A stretch of 64,000 nt of DNA from the human T2T-CHM13v2.0 reference genome, Homo sapiens. Made by a program: the position numbers and the translations under genes. Below, one piece after another: positions 24,956 through 43,155 of the stretch. The stretch's first letter is position 1; every line of letters starts with the position of its first letter. The stretch lies in contig CP086569.2 in NCBI GenBank assembly GCA_009914755.4, positions 22,496,001 to 22,560,000 of the forward strand, read 5' to 3'. The notes beneath the pieces were generated by a model. It ran no database searches and was not told the origin of the DNA. It saw only the letters and a list, made by a program, of their open reading frames with translations.

Positions 24956-25226
24956 TAATACTCTGTATCCCCCAATCCAATGAAGTCAACAATCAGTATT
25001 AACCATCACAGCTCCACTTCTTGTCAAGTTGAACCCATACACATCTCGTAAGCGCATACATAATCTTCAAATAAAGACAATAATGAGGTCATAATTACAA
25101 CTAGCATAATACAACTATCCTTTGTACAACCAGGAACATCCCAATCCCTAACCCAAATAGTATTATGTAAAGTTAAGAATACTCAAATATTAATATGAAG
25201 TCAATAAATCTTATGTCACATGATAA

Positions 25227-25573
<347 letters not shown>

Positions 25574-25599
25574 CAAACTTTTTTTTAACAAAAGGAAGA

Positions 25600-28500
25600 A
25601 GTATTTAGGACATTCAAAGTCCTCATTTCTGCCACTGGTCATGTTGTCATAGCTGGTATTGATGACTACCTTTTTCTACCAAATTTTCTCTATTTCTTTT
25701 GCCTTCAGCAAGCACCTCAGCAGGTGCTGTTTTTTCTTTTTCTTTTCTTTTTTCCCTGGTAGAGTGACCCAAACCTTAATTCCGGAAGAGTCTGGACCAT
25801 TTGTATTCCTGCCAGAATTTGGCTGCTGTAGTTATCCACTGACCTTAATCACAGGACATGTTAATATTAACAGGCACCCTGATTGATTTCCTTTATTACA
25901 TGCTTACTCTTCCTTACCTCCATTGTGGAGTAGTAGACTGATTTCATCTGACAGTTTAGGACAATTACCACAGCCAAAACTGTAACTCCTTTCTTAGCCT
26001 GATGACTGAAACCTAGGAGGAGCCCAAAGTGATAAGGGGGCAATCTTAACTTCTAATTTAATGGAATCATTCAATGGATCCCATTCAAGATGATGGGAAA
26101 CATGGTAGGACCAGTGAATTCCATAATCAGTAGACCACTGCCACACTTCTTTAGCCGTAAAGTGAGCGCCTTGGTCAGAGGCAATGCTGTGTGGAATGAC
26201 ATGATAGTGGATAAAGCATTTTATTAGTTCACAGATGGTAGTCTTGGCAGAAGCATTGCATGCAGGATAGGCAAACCCATATCCAGAGTAAATGTATATT
26301 TCTTTGAGAACTAACCTCTTTCCTTTTCATAATGGAAGAGATCAAATGTAATCAAACTTCCATCAGGTGGCTGGCTGATTACCCCACAAAAGTGGTGCCA
26401 TATTGAGAGCTCAGTGTTGGTCTATGCTGTTGGCAAATTGGGAATTCATCAGGGGCCATAGCCAGGTCACCCTTGGTAAGTAAAAGTCAATTTTCTGAAC
26501 GCTTGCATAACCTCCATCCCCACCATCATAGACACTTTGTTTATGGGCCCATTGAGTGATGACAGGAGTGGCTTGGGACAGAGTCTGAGTGGTGTCCACA
26601 GAACAGGTCATTCTATCCATTTGATTATTAAATTCCTTCTCTGCTGAGGTAACCAGTTGGTGAGCACTCACGTGAAACATAAATATCCTCAGTTTCTGAC
26701 CACTCAGAGAGGCCCCTGCACATACCTTTTCCCAAAATTGCTTTGTCACCAATTTTCTAATCATGGTTCTTCTAAGTCCCTGATCAGCCAGCCAAACCAT
26801 TTGCTACAGCCCAAGAATCAGTATATAATCACACATCTGGCCATTTCTGTTTGAAGTTCTGCCCATTGGGAAGATTTCCCTTTACCACTGTCTTTTAGGA
26901 ATGTCCTAAAAAGAAGCTGTAGTGCTGCAGCTGTCTAATTTCGGGTGGTGGCTGCATATTGTGCAGAACCAACTGGAACCTGGCCATAATCTTCTCTTAT
27001 TTTGTCAATTGATCATAGGCAACTCCTCATGAGACCATGATTGCAAGTTGAAGGAGAAAAGGCAGGATGGCAGAAGTGGAGAGCGTGGACTTTTGATCCA
27101 CTTTCTTATATAACTAACTTACTTGTTCTTTCACATCCTGTTCGAGCATGGCCACATATATTCCACTTCCATTTGATGATGAAATACTGCTATGCACAAC
27201 CCATTTTGTGGCTAGATGGTTAAGAAATCAAGCAGTTCATGATAGGCCATTTAGTTCATATGGTGGCTTGATGACCCATAGTCAAACGTTCAGTTTCCAA
27301 CAAAGTCCAGTAACAGGCCAAGATCTCTCAAAAGGAGAGTAGTTATTTGCAGAACATGTGGAGCTTTTCTTCAAAACACTAGAGACCAATGCTGTGATTC
27401 ACCTGTGGGAGCCTGGCAAGGCCTCCAAACAGCAACCTTATCTACCAATGATGCCTCAAGCACCATTAGAACTGCTGGGTCATATGGCCCAAGTGGCAGG
27501 GAAGCTAGCATGGCATCCTAGAACTGCAGCAGATCTTCTTCCTGTTCTGGACACTACTCAATACTGGCAGGCTTTCAGGTCACTAAATAAATGGGCCAGA
27601 GTAAGATACTTGAATGAGAAATGTGTTGCCTCCAATATCCAAATAGGTTCCCTAGACATTTTGCCTCTTTCTTGGTTGTAGGAAGAGCCTAATGTAGCAA
27701 CTTGTTATTTACCTTATAACACCTAGAAATTTTACTGAGATAAAGTGTCCCTGAAATTTAGTCAGATTTATTTCCCATTCTCTGGTACAAAAATGTCTCA
27801 TAAATAAGTCCAGTGTGTTTGCTACTTCTTGTTCACTGGGTAAAATCTGCATAATGTCATCAATGTAATGGACCAGGGTGCTATCTTGCAGAAGCCAAAA
27901 GCAATCAAGGGCTCTCTAAATAAGATTATGACACACAAAGAGTTGATATACCCCTGTGGTAGGATAACAAAGGCATATTACTGGCCTTGCCAGCTGAAGG
28001 CAAATTGCTTCTGGTGAGCCGTATGGACAGGAATGAAGAAAAAGGTATTTTCCCAGTGAATTATTGCATACCAGGTACCAGGAGATGTATTAATTTGCTC
28101 AAACAATAAAACCACATCTGGTACAGCAGGTACAATTGGAGTCACCATGCAGTTAAGCTTACGATAATCCACTATTATTCTCCAAAATCCATGTGTCTTC
28201 TGCATCAGACAAATGGGAGAGTTGTAGGAGGATGTGTTGCTAATTACCACTCCTATGCCTTTCAAGTCCTTGATGGTGTCACTAACCTTCACAATCTCTC
28301 CAAAAAATTGATATTGTTTTTGATTTACTATTTTTCTAGGCATAGGCAGCTCTATTGGCCTCCATTTGACCTTTCCCATTATAGTAGCTCTACCCTACAA
28401 GTCAGGGAGCAAATGGTGGATTCTGCCAGCTGCTAAGTATGTCTATGCCAATTATGCATTCTGGCACTGGGAAAAGGACCACAGAATGAGTCTAGGGACA

Positions 28501-29266
28501 CATTGAACCCCTTCTAAGTCTGACTGAAGCTAAAACTTTATTAATTACCTGACCTTCATAAGGTCCTACTTTAACTGAAGGACCACAGTGATGTTTTTTG
28601 TCCCCTGGAATAAACATCAGCTCATAGACTGTGTCCAGCAGTCCCTGAAAAGTCTGATCATTTCCCTTTCCACATCAGGACACAATTATTCCCATTGTGT
28701 TTAAATTTGGTAGTTTAGTTACTGTAGTTTCCACCCTTAGATCTGACATACAGAGAAGAAAAATTACAGGCCTCTTCAAAGATGCAGGTGCTGATCTCAC
28801 AAATCTATTTCACAAAGCACTGATCAAGGGTGTATCTTTTGAACCCTCCCAGCTGGGGTGAGTATGTCTAAAGTGACAAATCCACTCCACCATCCAAATC
28901 TCCCTAGGCCTTTGGATGTCTTCCTTACATTAAACCAATAAAGAGCAGACATTTATAGCCCACTCACAGTAGGCCATCTTTTTATTTATATTTCATTTAA
29001 TCAAGCAAATAAATTATCAGAACTCATTTTAAACTCCTTGAGCTGCAGCTTTAAATGCAGAGCCTACTTAGTGAGCCCTGATCAATAAATTCAGCCTGAC
29101 ACAATTCTGGTTTTTTTTCCACTATTTTCTCATACCTATACTATCCATTCCCATGCCTGTTCCCAGACTACATTTTATATACATTTGAAAACTCAAACAG
29201 TTCTTTTCATGTGTACCATACGTCCTCAGAGGTCACATTCTCAATCTCACCTCTAAGAGCCCACCA
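25600..29266 (-). mobile_element. Class I (gammaretrovirus-like; HERV-H/W/9-type) ERV internal fragment: protease, RT, RNase H, integrase, pol C-terminus
   Basis: Minus-strand translations: RT 'GFWRIIVDYRKLNCMVTPIVPAVPDVVLLFEQI...WYAIIHWENTFFFIPVHTAHQKQFAFSWQGQ' (ORF 27978-28379); RNaseH/IN zinc finger 'FHVSAHQ...ITQWAHKQSVYDGGDGGYASVQK' (ORF 26411-26800); IN core 'YSGYGFAYPACNASAKTTICELIKCFIHYHVIPHSIASDQGAHFTAKEVWQWSTDYGIHWSYHV' (~26040-26400); degenerate protease 'LLDTVY' near 28560. Confidence 0.8.
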
Positions 29267-29272
29267 GAGCTT

Positions 29273-29758
29273 TGTAGGGGTTCAGTCAGGATGGTGGGGA
29301 AAATTATAAGTCACAAACCTTCTTGCAAAGCCTGAAGGATTTTGTAAAAGTCTCAGGATAAGGTTATGGCTGAAGGCAAACTAATCCTTACCTTGAGTAG
29401 ATAGGTTAAAGTGCATACAAAGGAAGGTAGGGTAGTTTATCTAACTGGCTTCTTTACTCATGTGGTAAGAAGACTAACTTTTGATCTACTGCAGGTGCTT
29501 AATTCCTTTCTACTTGGGAAGTCTGAATGTCAATTACCCTCTAGTGGTGTTTACTCAGACCTTTGTCAATTAATCTTTACTGTACAAATGCAAGTCTCGC
29601 TGGCTGATTGAGGCTGCAGTTGCAACTGTTTAGTGCATTCTGTGTGGATACTCTAAGTGGCCCAGATGCTTAGTCAAACTCACAAAGCAGAATATCTGTG
29701 TGTCAGTGTACTTTATTCACCCATCATTGAGTTAGGGTCTGCAGGAAAGACCCCCACA
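29273..29758 (+). mobile_element. 5' LTR of plus-strand class II provirus
   Basis: Aligns along its length with 37433-37933 ('gatggtggggaaaattataagtcacaaaccttcttgcaaagcctgaagg...' versus 'gatggtagggacaattataagccacaaaccttcttggaaagcctaaag...'). Confidence 0.75.
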
Positions 29759-30769
29759 GCCAGCACCCCCATGTGAAGAACATGGCAAAGGAGGTGCGAT
29801 GGACCCCCTGAAAACAAACATTGAAGAAGATTGTGTGGTCAAGTCAGTAAAACAGGAAGTCATTGGTGTCCACTTGGGATTTCCAAGTTCAGAGGGGATT
29901 GGTCAGGCTGAGGTTTCATCATGGGACAACAGTTACCAACTCAACAAAAACAGTGTATAAAATGTTGAAATAGTTGCTTAATGCTTCCAGAGTATCAGGT
30001 TCATGGACTCACTTAAGAGAACTAATGCAAACTACTGTCTCACATAATCCATGGTTCCCAGAATAAGGAATGCTAGAGGTAGAACTTTGGTAACAGGTGG
30101 GGAGAAATCTTAAACAGCATGATGCACAAGGGCAATGGGTCCCAGTATCAATTTTAACACTATGGGCCCCTGTAAGGATGGCTTTAGTCTCATTATACAC
30201 AGAAGAGCCTAAAAAGGGGAAGAAGGAGAAAACGTCACTTGCCGTATTGCCTCTCCTGGTGAATCAGGTGGCCAGGCAAAATATAACAGCTGATATGCTC
30301 CAGGGAAGGGGTCCTCATGCCGATGTGCAATAAAAACTAAATTTTGATCTCCAGGCTTATGCTGATGTCCCTCTGTGTGCTCTCAGGGCTTGGGACCAAA
30401 TTCCTGAAAGCAGAATTCAGCAGGGATCTTTTGTAAATGTTTGACAAGGGCCTCAGCAGCCATTTGTTGAGTTTATCAATCAGTTAACCAAGGCAATTAA
30501 GAGACAAATTAGTCATGCCCAGGCCACTGATATCATTGCAGCTGGTTTTTGAAAATGCCTGTGTGGTTTGCCAGCAGGCAATGCAGGCAATCAGAGGAAA
30601 GGCCACCACTGTTGGGGAGCTAATACCAGCATTTCAGCTAGTAGGAACTGAGATACGCAAAGCCAAAATATTGGCTATGGCATTAAGGCCTCCTAAAGTG
30701 AAAAGGGAGAGAGACCAAAATTGTGTTCTATGAGGAGAGCCAGGACATATAACAAGGGAATATCATTAT

Positions 30770-30900
30770 AGTAAAGATCAAGGTAACTAAGATCAAGTAA
30801 AGATCAAGGTAACTTCTATATGTCCCCAAAGTAGGAAGGGGAAGCATTGGGCAGATCAATGCAGGTCTAAATTGGATAAAAATGGCAACCCCATAAGAAA
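30770..30900 (+). pseudogene. gag nucleocapsid CCHC zinc-finger remnant
   Basis: Translation '..GKHWADQCRSKLDKNGNPIRNQ' resembles HERV-K NC '[28 protein letters not shown]'. Confidence 0.6.
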
Positions 30901-31058
30901 CCAGTCAGAAGCTTCATGAGGGGTCAGCTCCAGGCACCACTCCCAACTGGGGCAATGCCAGCAGCTTTCCTTGGTCAAATGGGAAGTCCATAGTCCTCTC
31001 TTTTAGAGCGGCCACAACTGGGAGCACAGGACTGGACTTACTCTGCCCCAGTGAATTA

Positions 31059-31421
31059 GTGCTAAAAGAAGAAGACTCTAAAAGTGTTGCAATTGGGATC
31101 TGGGGCCCAGTGCCTCTGGGAACAGTGGGGTTAGTCCTAGGGCAGTCTAGCCTACCCAGTCAAGGAATTAATGTGCCCAATGGGGTAACTGATAGTGATT
31201 ATCAGGGTGAGATATTGGTTATGATGGAATGTAAAGGTCTGCATATTCCTCCCCCTGGATCAAAGATAGCTCAGTTACTGATTTTACCATACTGGGTCTT
31301 CAATGCCCATGGAAAGGAAAAGCGAAAGGGAAGCTTTGGATGCACAGGAGCCATGGGAGTGTATTGGAATCAATTAATCACTGATCAGAGACCCATGATT
31401 ACTTTTAAAAATTGGACATAA
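31059..31421 (+). pseudogene. Retroviral dUTPase domain (pro ORF N-terminus, betaretrovirus-type)
   Basis: ORF 'GIWGPVPLGTVGLVLGQSSLPSQGINVPNGVTDSDYQGEILVMMECKGLHIPPPGSKIAQLLILPY...GKEKRKGSFGCTGAMGVYW' resembles HERV-K dUTPase '[45 protein letters not shown]...RIAQLILLPL...RGQGSFGSSDIYW'. Confidence 0.8.
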
Positions 31422-32122
31422 GAATTTTACTGGCTTATTGGGCACAGGAGTGAACATTTTAATCATTAGTGATCAGAACTGTCCAGAAACTTGATCTTGG
31501 ATCACTCAAAAACAGAAAATTTCTGCATTGACAAAGCACACACAGCCAAGCAGAGCATGCGTCCCCTAACATGCTGTGATTATGAAGTTAGAATGACAGT
31601 TATGCAACCTCTAATCATGCCCATCCTGTTAATCTTTGGGGGCAGGACCTATTAGCCCAGTGTGTGTGAGGAGATCACTCTGCATACCCCTTTATGACAA
31701 TGGCCACTATTGTTATTTCTCCTCTACCCCTGACATGTCTCTCTCAAGATCCAATTTGGGAAGAATAGTGGCCTCTGAAGTGAGACAAATTACAGAAGGC
31801 TCATGAATTAGTTGAAGAGCAATCAAAGGCTGGGCATATCAAATTATCTCACAGTCCCTGGAATTCACCCATTTTCATCATTCCCAAAAAGTCTGGGAAA
31901 TGGATAATTATCCAAACTTACAGGCTATTAATGCTAATTTACAGCCTATTGGGCCCCTTCAACAGGGCCCCCCTTCCTCCACTTTGATTCCTCAAAATTT
32001 GCCTGTAATCATTATTGACTGAAAGGATTCTTTTCATACAATTTCTCTAGGACAGAGAAAAAATTGTGTTTACCATATCAGCTATCAATAATGAAAAGCC
32101 AGCTTGTTGATTTCATTGGAAA

Positions 32123-32515
32123 GTGCTTCCTCAAGGAATGCTAAACAGTCCTACCTTGTGTCAGTATCATGTAAATCAAGCTTTGCTCCCTAGTAGAAAA
32201 GAGTTTTCTGATTGCAAGATGAATATTTTTATGGATGATATTCTACTTGCAGCCCCAATGGAGCCAACATTTTTAAATTTATATTCCTCTGTCATAAAGA
32301 ATACACAGATAAGAGATTTAATTGTTCCACCTGAGAAAGGACAGCTGTATTCTCCTTGGAAATATCCTGGGTACATACTAACTTTCCTGTCAGTAAGACC
32401 TCAAAACACTAAATTAAATACTAGCAAGTTACACATCTTAAATTATTATCAAAAATTTCTGAGAGACATTAATTTGCACCACCCTACTTTGAGGATTTCT
32501 ACTGATAAACTATAA
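32123..32515 (+). pseudogene. Reverse transcriptase palm domain (FMDD variant of YMDD)
   Basis: ORF 'LPQGMLNSPTLCQYHVNQAL...KMNIFMDDILLAAPMEPTF' carries the conserved RT motifs LPQG(M/F)KNSP and YMDD(I/L)L. Confidence 0.85.
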
Positions 32516-33399
32516 AACCTGTATTCTATCTTAAAGGGCAATCCAGCCCTAGATTATCCCAGATATTTAACCCCTGCAGCAAAAAGGGAAATCAAGGAAC
32601 TAGAACTAGAACTGCATCAAAAAGAGAAATCAAGGAAATAGAACTCACCATCTCTCAGAGGCAGCTAGATCACATAGTCCCAGGCTTTATGGTACATGCT
32701 GTTTATCTTTCCCAGCAAACACTCCCCTAAAGGGTTAATAGGACAAATGGTCCCTGGGCTATTCTTCCTAGAATGGATTTTTTGCTCACATAATGGGACT
32801 AAAACTCTATCTCCCTATATTTAGTTAATTACTAAAGTCATCTATTCAGGTTGCAAATGATGTAATCGGTTGCTAGGTTATGATCCTGATGTCATCAGGA
32901 TTCTTTTAACTAAAAAGCAATTTGAAGCAGTATTGCCATTATTGATAGATTTGCAAATAGCTTTCTCTGATTACACAGGACAAATAGAGCACATCCATCC
33001 TTCTGATCAACTCCTTCATTTATTATCTCATATGCTGGTAATTTTGTCCACAGAAAGAGGTCAATCCCCATATCTAATGTTTTAACATTGTTTACTGATG
33101 GGTCTGGTAAACATGGAAAAGCAGCAGTCTGGTGGAGACCACACAATTCAATCACTTGATCTGGGTTTACTAGCACTCAGAGAGCTTAGATTGGGGCTCT
33201 GATACTGGCCTTGGAAACTTTTTGCACTCAGGCCATAAGTAGTGTACGTGACTGTGCATACTCTATTTACTACAAAACCTTGAGAGACCTTAATTGAGTC
33301 CACTCTGGGCCCAGCCCTGTGTGCTCTTTTTCTTTGACTTTAGCAATTGCTTGATCAACATACACATCCTATTTTTATTACAAACCTTCGAGTCCACAG

Positions 33400-33960
33400 C
33401 TCACTGCCTGGCCCATTGACTTATGGCAATAATGAAGCAGACTTTCATGTTATGACATTACTGCTTAACCAAGCCACCCAATTGCATCAATTTTGCCACC
33501 AAAATTGGAGAAACTTATCTAAATAATTTCCACTTACTCACAGAGTGGTAAAAAAATTATCCTAAAATGCACAGATTGCCACCTCATAGGCACATCTCCT
33601 CCTTCAACAAGTGTTAACCCTAGAGGACTAGAGCCTAATCAGATATGGCAAACAGATGATACATACATCCCTGAATCTGGAAAACTAAGATATGTACATG
33701 TATCCATTGAGACCAACACGCATTTAATTAGTGCACATGCTCTGCCTGGAGAGTCAACTCAATATGTCATTAAACATATTCTTTTCAGTTTTGCATTTAT
33801 GGGCTGACCCACAAAAATTAACACTGATAATGCTCCAGCTTATGTCAGTTCACAATTTCAACAATTTTGTCACACATGGAGCATCCAATATTCCACAGGC
33901 ATTCCATATAACCCCAAAGACAAGAAATAGTAAAACATGCCCACTCCTCCCTTAAAAATA
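33400..33960 (+). pseudogene. Integrase remnant (heavily disrupted)
   Basis: Position after RT/RNaseH and fragmentary translated similarity. Many stops. Confidence 0.35.
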
Positions 33961-34449
33961 TGCTCAAATAAAAGGGTGGGGGGAGTATGGGTAAAGACCC
34001 TTCAATGCTATTGGCATAAAACCTACAGTTTTATGGAAAGATGTAAACAGTAATGAATGGTGCAGTCCTAGGGAATTATTAACCTGGGGAAGAAGGTATG
34101 CTTGTGTCCACACCCCCTCAGGTCCTCTTTGGATTTCAGCATGACACATCAAACCATACCATGGCATGACTAGGACCCAACCCAGTATCAGGAATGAATG
34201 AGTGAATCCTGAAAGATCCACAGCCCCGGACGATGAAGTTAACATGAATGACACAAGTGCCAGACATTACCTGGGGGCTGCTGAAGAGGACAACTCAGGT
34301 GGCTGAACAAATCCTCCTCCAGACATAGACACTATTTACTCCAGATAATTTGTTTCTTGCTATGCGTTCTGTTTTTCATTGCAACTCATGAAGGATATTA
34401 ATCCTTTTCATGCTCTTGCTTTGTCTGCAAACTGCACCTACTAAATTTA

Positions 34450-37300
<2,851 letters not shown>

Positions 37301-37432
37301 TTGCTAATTCTAAGATGCAAAGTTAGAATAAGAGTAATGACTGCCAGGACAGCCACACCTGACAGACTGGTTGCTGACATACCTATGCTCTCCAATTAAG
37401 AAACCTGATGCAGAAAACAAAAAAGTGGAAGA

Positions 37433-37933
37433 GGTAGCAGATTGATCAAGATGGTAGGGACAATTATAAGCCACAAACCTTCTTGGAAAGCCTAAAGATT
37501 TTTGTAAAAGTCTCAGTATAAGGTTATGACTGAAGGCAACCTAATCCATACCTTGTGTAAATAGCTTAAAGTGGGTACAATGGAAGGTAGAGTAGTTTAC
37601 CTAACTAGCTTCTTTACTTGTGTGGTCCTAAGACTAACCTTTGATCTAATACTGCAGGTGCTTAATTGCTTTCTACTCAGAAACTCCACGATGTCAATTA
37701 CCCTCTAGCTGTGTTTACTCATGAGCTTTGTCAATTAGTCTTTACTGAATAAGTACCAGTCTCATTAACTGGTCAGGACTGTTTACAGTCCCTGGTCGCA
37801 ACTGTTTACAGCACTCTGCATGGAGTCTGTAAGTGGCCCAGATGCTCAGTCGAACTGGCAAAGCAGAATATCATGCATCAGTGTACTTTATTCATCTGTT
37901 GTTGGGTCAGGGTCTGTGGGATAGACCCCTGCA
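37433..37933 (+). mobile_element. 3' LTR of plus-strand class II provirus
   Basis: Homologous to 29273-29758. Preceded by a polypurine tract. Confidence 0.75.
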
Positions 37934-39214
37934 GAACTTGAGTCTAGTTATAGGTCTAGAAGTAAACAGAGGTGTAAGGGTGGATTCTGAGGAGACTCAA
38001 CATTATAGTGCCTGGCAACTGACTCGGGGAGGCCATCACTGTTGCCTCAGCTAGCTCAGGCTTTATATCTTCAGACAGAACTGGAAAGGCTGATGGCAGC
38101 ATGTACCTCTTTCTTTCTTGATGCAGAACAACAGTTTTAGATCTGTTGAATGTCAGGGCTGAATGACCTGCAACACAAACAGGGATAAAACTTGCCCCTT
38201 GCTCATCACATTGTGGAAGACAAAGATAAGAGGAGAACGGTGACCTTTCAGACCTAAGGGCTGGCTGTGACACCTTCTTTGGGACTTTGCAGTTTCTGGA
38301 ATCTCCATGCTTCTGGGCACCACTACATTTCCCAGTATCAGCTGTAGAAGCTGCTTACAGTATTCCTGTTCCAGCTGCAGCTTCTCATTTCACTGGTACT
38401 TTTGTTGGCACCTAACACTTTCTGCCCTCTCACACCTGGCAAGCCTGGCTGTGTTTTGTGGCTGGAGCCCATGCTTGCTCATACACCACTCACCACACAC
38501 TCATGCTTGCCCTTGGCTGGTGTTAAATCTTGGCCCATAATGGAAGCTGAGTGCAGCCTGTCAGGCAGACTGGGTAGAACAAGCTTAGCAGGCCTGAGCA
38601 AAACTCAGGCACAAGCACCATTGGCCATAAAGGTTTTCATCTGGCAAAATGACTCCCCTAAAATTCCATGAAAAAAGAAGCATAGCTAGTTGTGCCTTCT
38701 CGTGGATCTTGAAATACAGATAATTCTGTGAACTACATTTTGGTAGTTTTAACCTTATTAGGAAATTATTATTACATTTCAAAATTTTTTAAAAATCAAA
38801 TTTGAAAGTTGGCCTTAGCATTGAACCACCTGATCCCTCTTACACAGAAATATATCATGTGAGAATATTTTTCTGAACTATATGGCATTGGGCTTCAAGT
38901 TAGCATCTTTCTAGGAGATTATGAAGCTTCTTGAGGAGACAGAATTTCTGATACCTGGACTTTGGCATTTTGTACTCATATAATTTTGTGGGGGAGAAGC
39001 TTTTGCTGTGCATTGTAGGATGATTAGCAGCCTGGGAAGCCTGAGCAGCCTTTCTGGCCTTTTCCACTAAGTGTAATAGTGACATCCTTTTTCTGTGGTT
39101 GAAATACTCAAATATGTTTGTGTCTTGTGGAAGCAGAACCGTTGACATTTACAATTCTACAGAGTTCTGAAGAAGAAATTAAAAAAAAACACTTTAAAAA
39201 TTTTTTCAATGGCT

Positions 39215-40330
<1,116 letters not shown>

Positions 40331-40469
40331 AATTAACTAACAATAAAAAGGCTTTCTTTTTGTACAGGCGATGTTGGAATAACTTTGAAATGTGTGTCAC
40401 ACATTATTTAAGACATTTCGTTACTACAAATCAGAGTTGTCACAAACTTAGTTGATTGAATTTCTTTTA

Positions 40470-40720
40470 TTTTTAGAATGGAATCTCACACTGTCCCTTT
40501 GGCTGGAGTGCAGTGGTGCAATCTTGGGACACTGAAACCCCCTGGTTCCCAGGTTCAAGCTATTATTCTGCATCAGCGTCTTGATTACCTGAGATTGCAG
40601 GAGTGCACCACTGCAGCTAATAGGGCCTATCACCATATTGGCCAAGCTTGTCTGAAGCTTCTGACCTTTCTTGGCCTTCAAATGCACTGGAATTACAAGT
40701 GTTAGCCACCATGCTAGTCC
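40470..40720 (-). mobile_element. Old Alu (AluJ/FLAM-like), shared with arm B
   Basis: 'gaatggaatctcacactgtccctttggctggagtgcagtggtgcaatcttgggacactgaaaccccctggttcccaggttcaagc...' Highly diverged. The orthologous copy lies at 59145-59405(+). Confidence 0.7.
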
Positions 40721-42189
40721 CTTCATTGAATTTCTAATTGAGAAAAAATCCCTCTTGAAAACTTTAGTTTTTTTATATCATATTTTTGATGAGTTTCTTT
40801 TGTTTCATAATTCAAGAAAAATAATATAATTTAAATTCATTTTCTTTTTATCATAAATAAATTTATTTCCATTAATATATAGTTAACAGAGAAGATTAAT
40901 TTAGAATGTTATTTTTCTTTTGGATAAAGTCAGATTTCAGAAATTTCAAAAAATCTAACTTGGGAAACTAATTACATTTATTGATTATGATCACTTTTTT
41001 TTTAGGATTCGCTTCTGTAAGAAAATTCAAAATTGTTTCAAGATATGAGATGTTTAATTTTGTCAAATAAACTTTAAAAGTATTTTCTTTGAAAAAAACA
41101 TATTTTTCTTAAGCTATGTTTTCTACTAATAATATGTGATTACTTTTTCTAACTTACTGGAAATTAATTCATGTTTTCATTTTCCCTGCATCAAAAATTT
41201 ACTTGCAATATATAAGAAGTAAAGAACTGCCAGCAGAGCAGGTGGTTCTAGCGTAGGTCACACGCTACGATCAATGCTGATTTTCAGCTGCTTGTACCAC
41301 GAGTTACTGGCTGTGTAAAAAAACCTCAAAAAGATAGTAGACTGACTGAAATACATTACATAGACAAAGCAATAACTAGTGGGTATTTTAAATTAAAAAG
41401 CTGCTTTTGCTCACTAATAATAGTTTTGCTTAAAATTCTATTTTTTCCTTTAGAAAAAATTAACTCATGGATTTTTTGTTTTGACCAACAAGTTTAACAT
41501 TCTGTAGCCATCAGGCATATAACTAAAACAATTTAAGTCAGAGAATATAAATTTTTTAAAAAATATGTATTTCTTAAATGCTCCCCTATATTTAGTTTTG
41601 GTAACTTGCCACAGTGAGTTTTATTTAATCATATGTGAAAAAATATTGAAACTTTAGAGTAACAAGTGAAATTTAATGCTACAAAACTTTATATTTAAAG
41701 TGTATTCATTAAAAAGATCTTCTAAATCCAAACATTGAAGTTATTTAATGTTATTTTAGTTAAATTCTAAGAGAGGTATAGCTTTAAAAATCATTATGTG
41801 AGAAGAGAACCTTTGATTGCACTTTATTACTTCTAAATGTTCACATCAATCTAACAAAGTGACTAACAATGTTCAAATCTTACACAGAACTCAGAATCAG
41901 GGAGGGAGGTAATATAAGTAAATTAACAAATAATAACATAAAATTTAGTTTATTTCAAGAGAAAACTGAGGGTTAAGAATATAATTAACAGCAGCATTCC
42001 TTACAGATTTTTAATTGGTAAATGTTAATTTTTTTATATTTGTTTATTTTTTCTCTGAGTATATTTTCTAGCACATTGCTGTAGTTTCTAGCTGAACTCA
42101 CTGCTTAAGAGGACAGATATTTATTTGTCTTGGGGGCTGTATGTAGACAGCAGAGTTTTCTGCTTGAAAACATCTTTTTTGTTAATTTA

Positions 42190-42720
<531 letters not shown>

Positions 42721-42832
42721 ATAAATATATATTTTAAAAAGAAATTTTTCTTAAACCAACATTCTTGTTGTTAAACTATTTAGCCAATGTTTTCTTGTGT
42801 TTAACATACATTTAAAAATGTACAAGAAGATG

Positions 42833-43107
42833 GCTGGTCGCGGTGGCTCCCGCCTGTAATCCCAGCATTTTGTGAGGCCGAGGCGAGTGGATCGCGAGGT
42901 CAGGAGAGCGAGACCATCCTGGCTAACATGGTGAAAGCCCGTCTCTACTAACAATACAAAAAATCAGCCGGGCGTGGTGGCGTGGGCCAGCTACAAGAGA
43001 GACTGAGAAAGGAGAATAGCGTGAACCCGGGAGGGAGAGCTTCCAGTGAGCCGAGATCACGCGACTGCACTCCAGCCTGGGCAACAGAGTGAGACTTCAT
43101 CTCAAAA

Positions 43108-43125
<18 letters not shown>
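42833..43125 (+). mobile_element. Alu (AluY-like), arm-A-specific; forms an inverted pair with the preceding Alu
   Basis: 'ggctggtcgcggtggctcccgcctgtaatcccagcattttgtgaggccgaggcgagtggatcgcgaggtcaggagagcgagacc...' plus A-tail, then (AT)n(CA)n. Confidence 0.9.
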
Positions 43126-43155
<30 letters not shown>
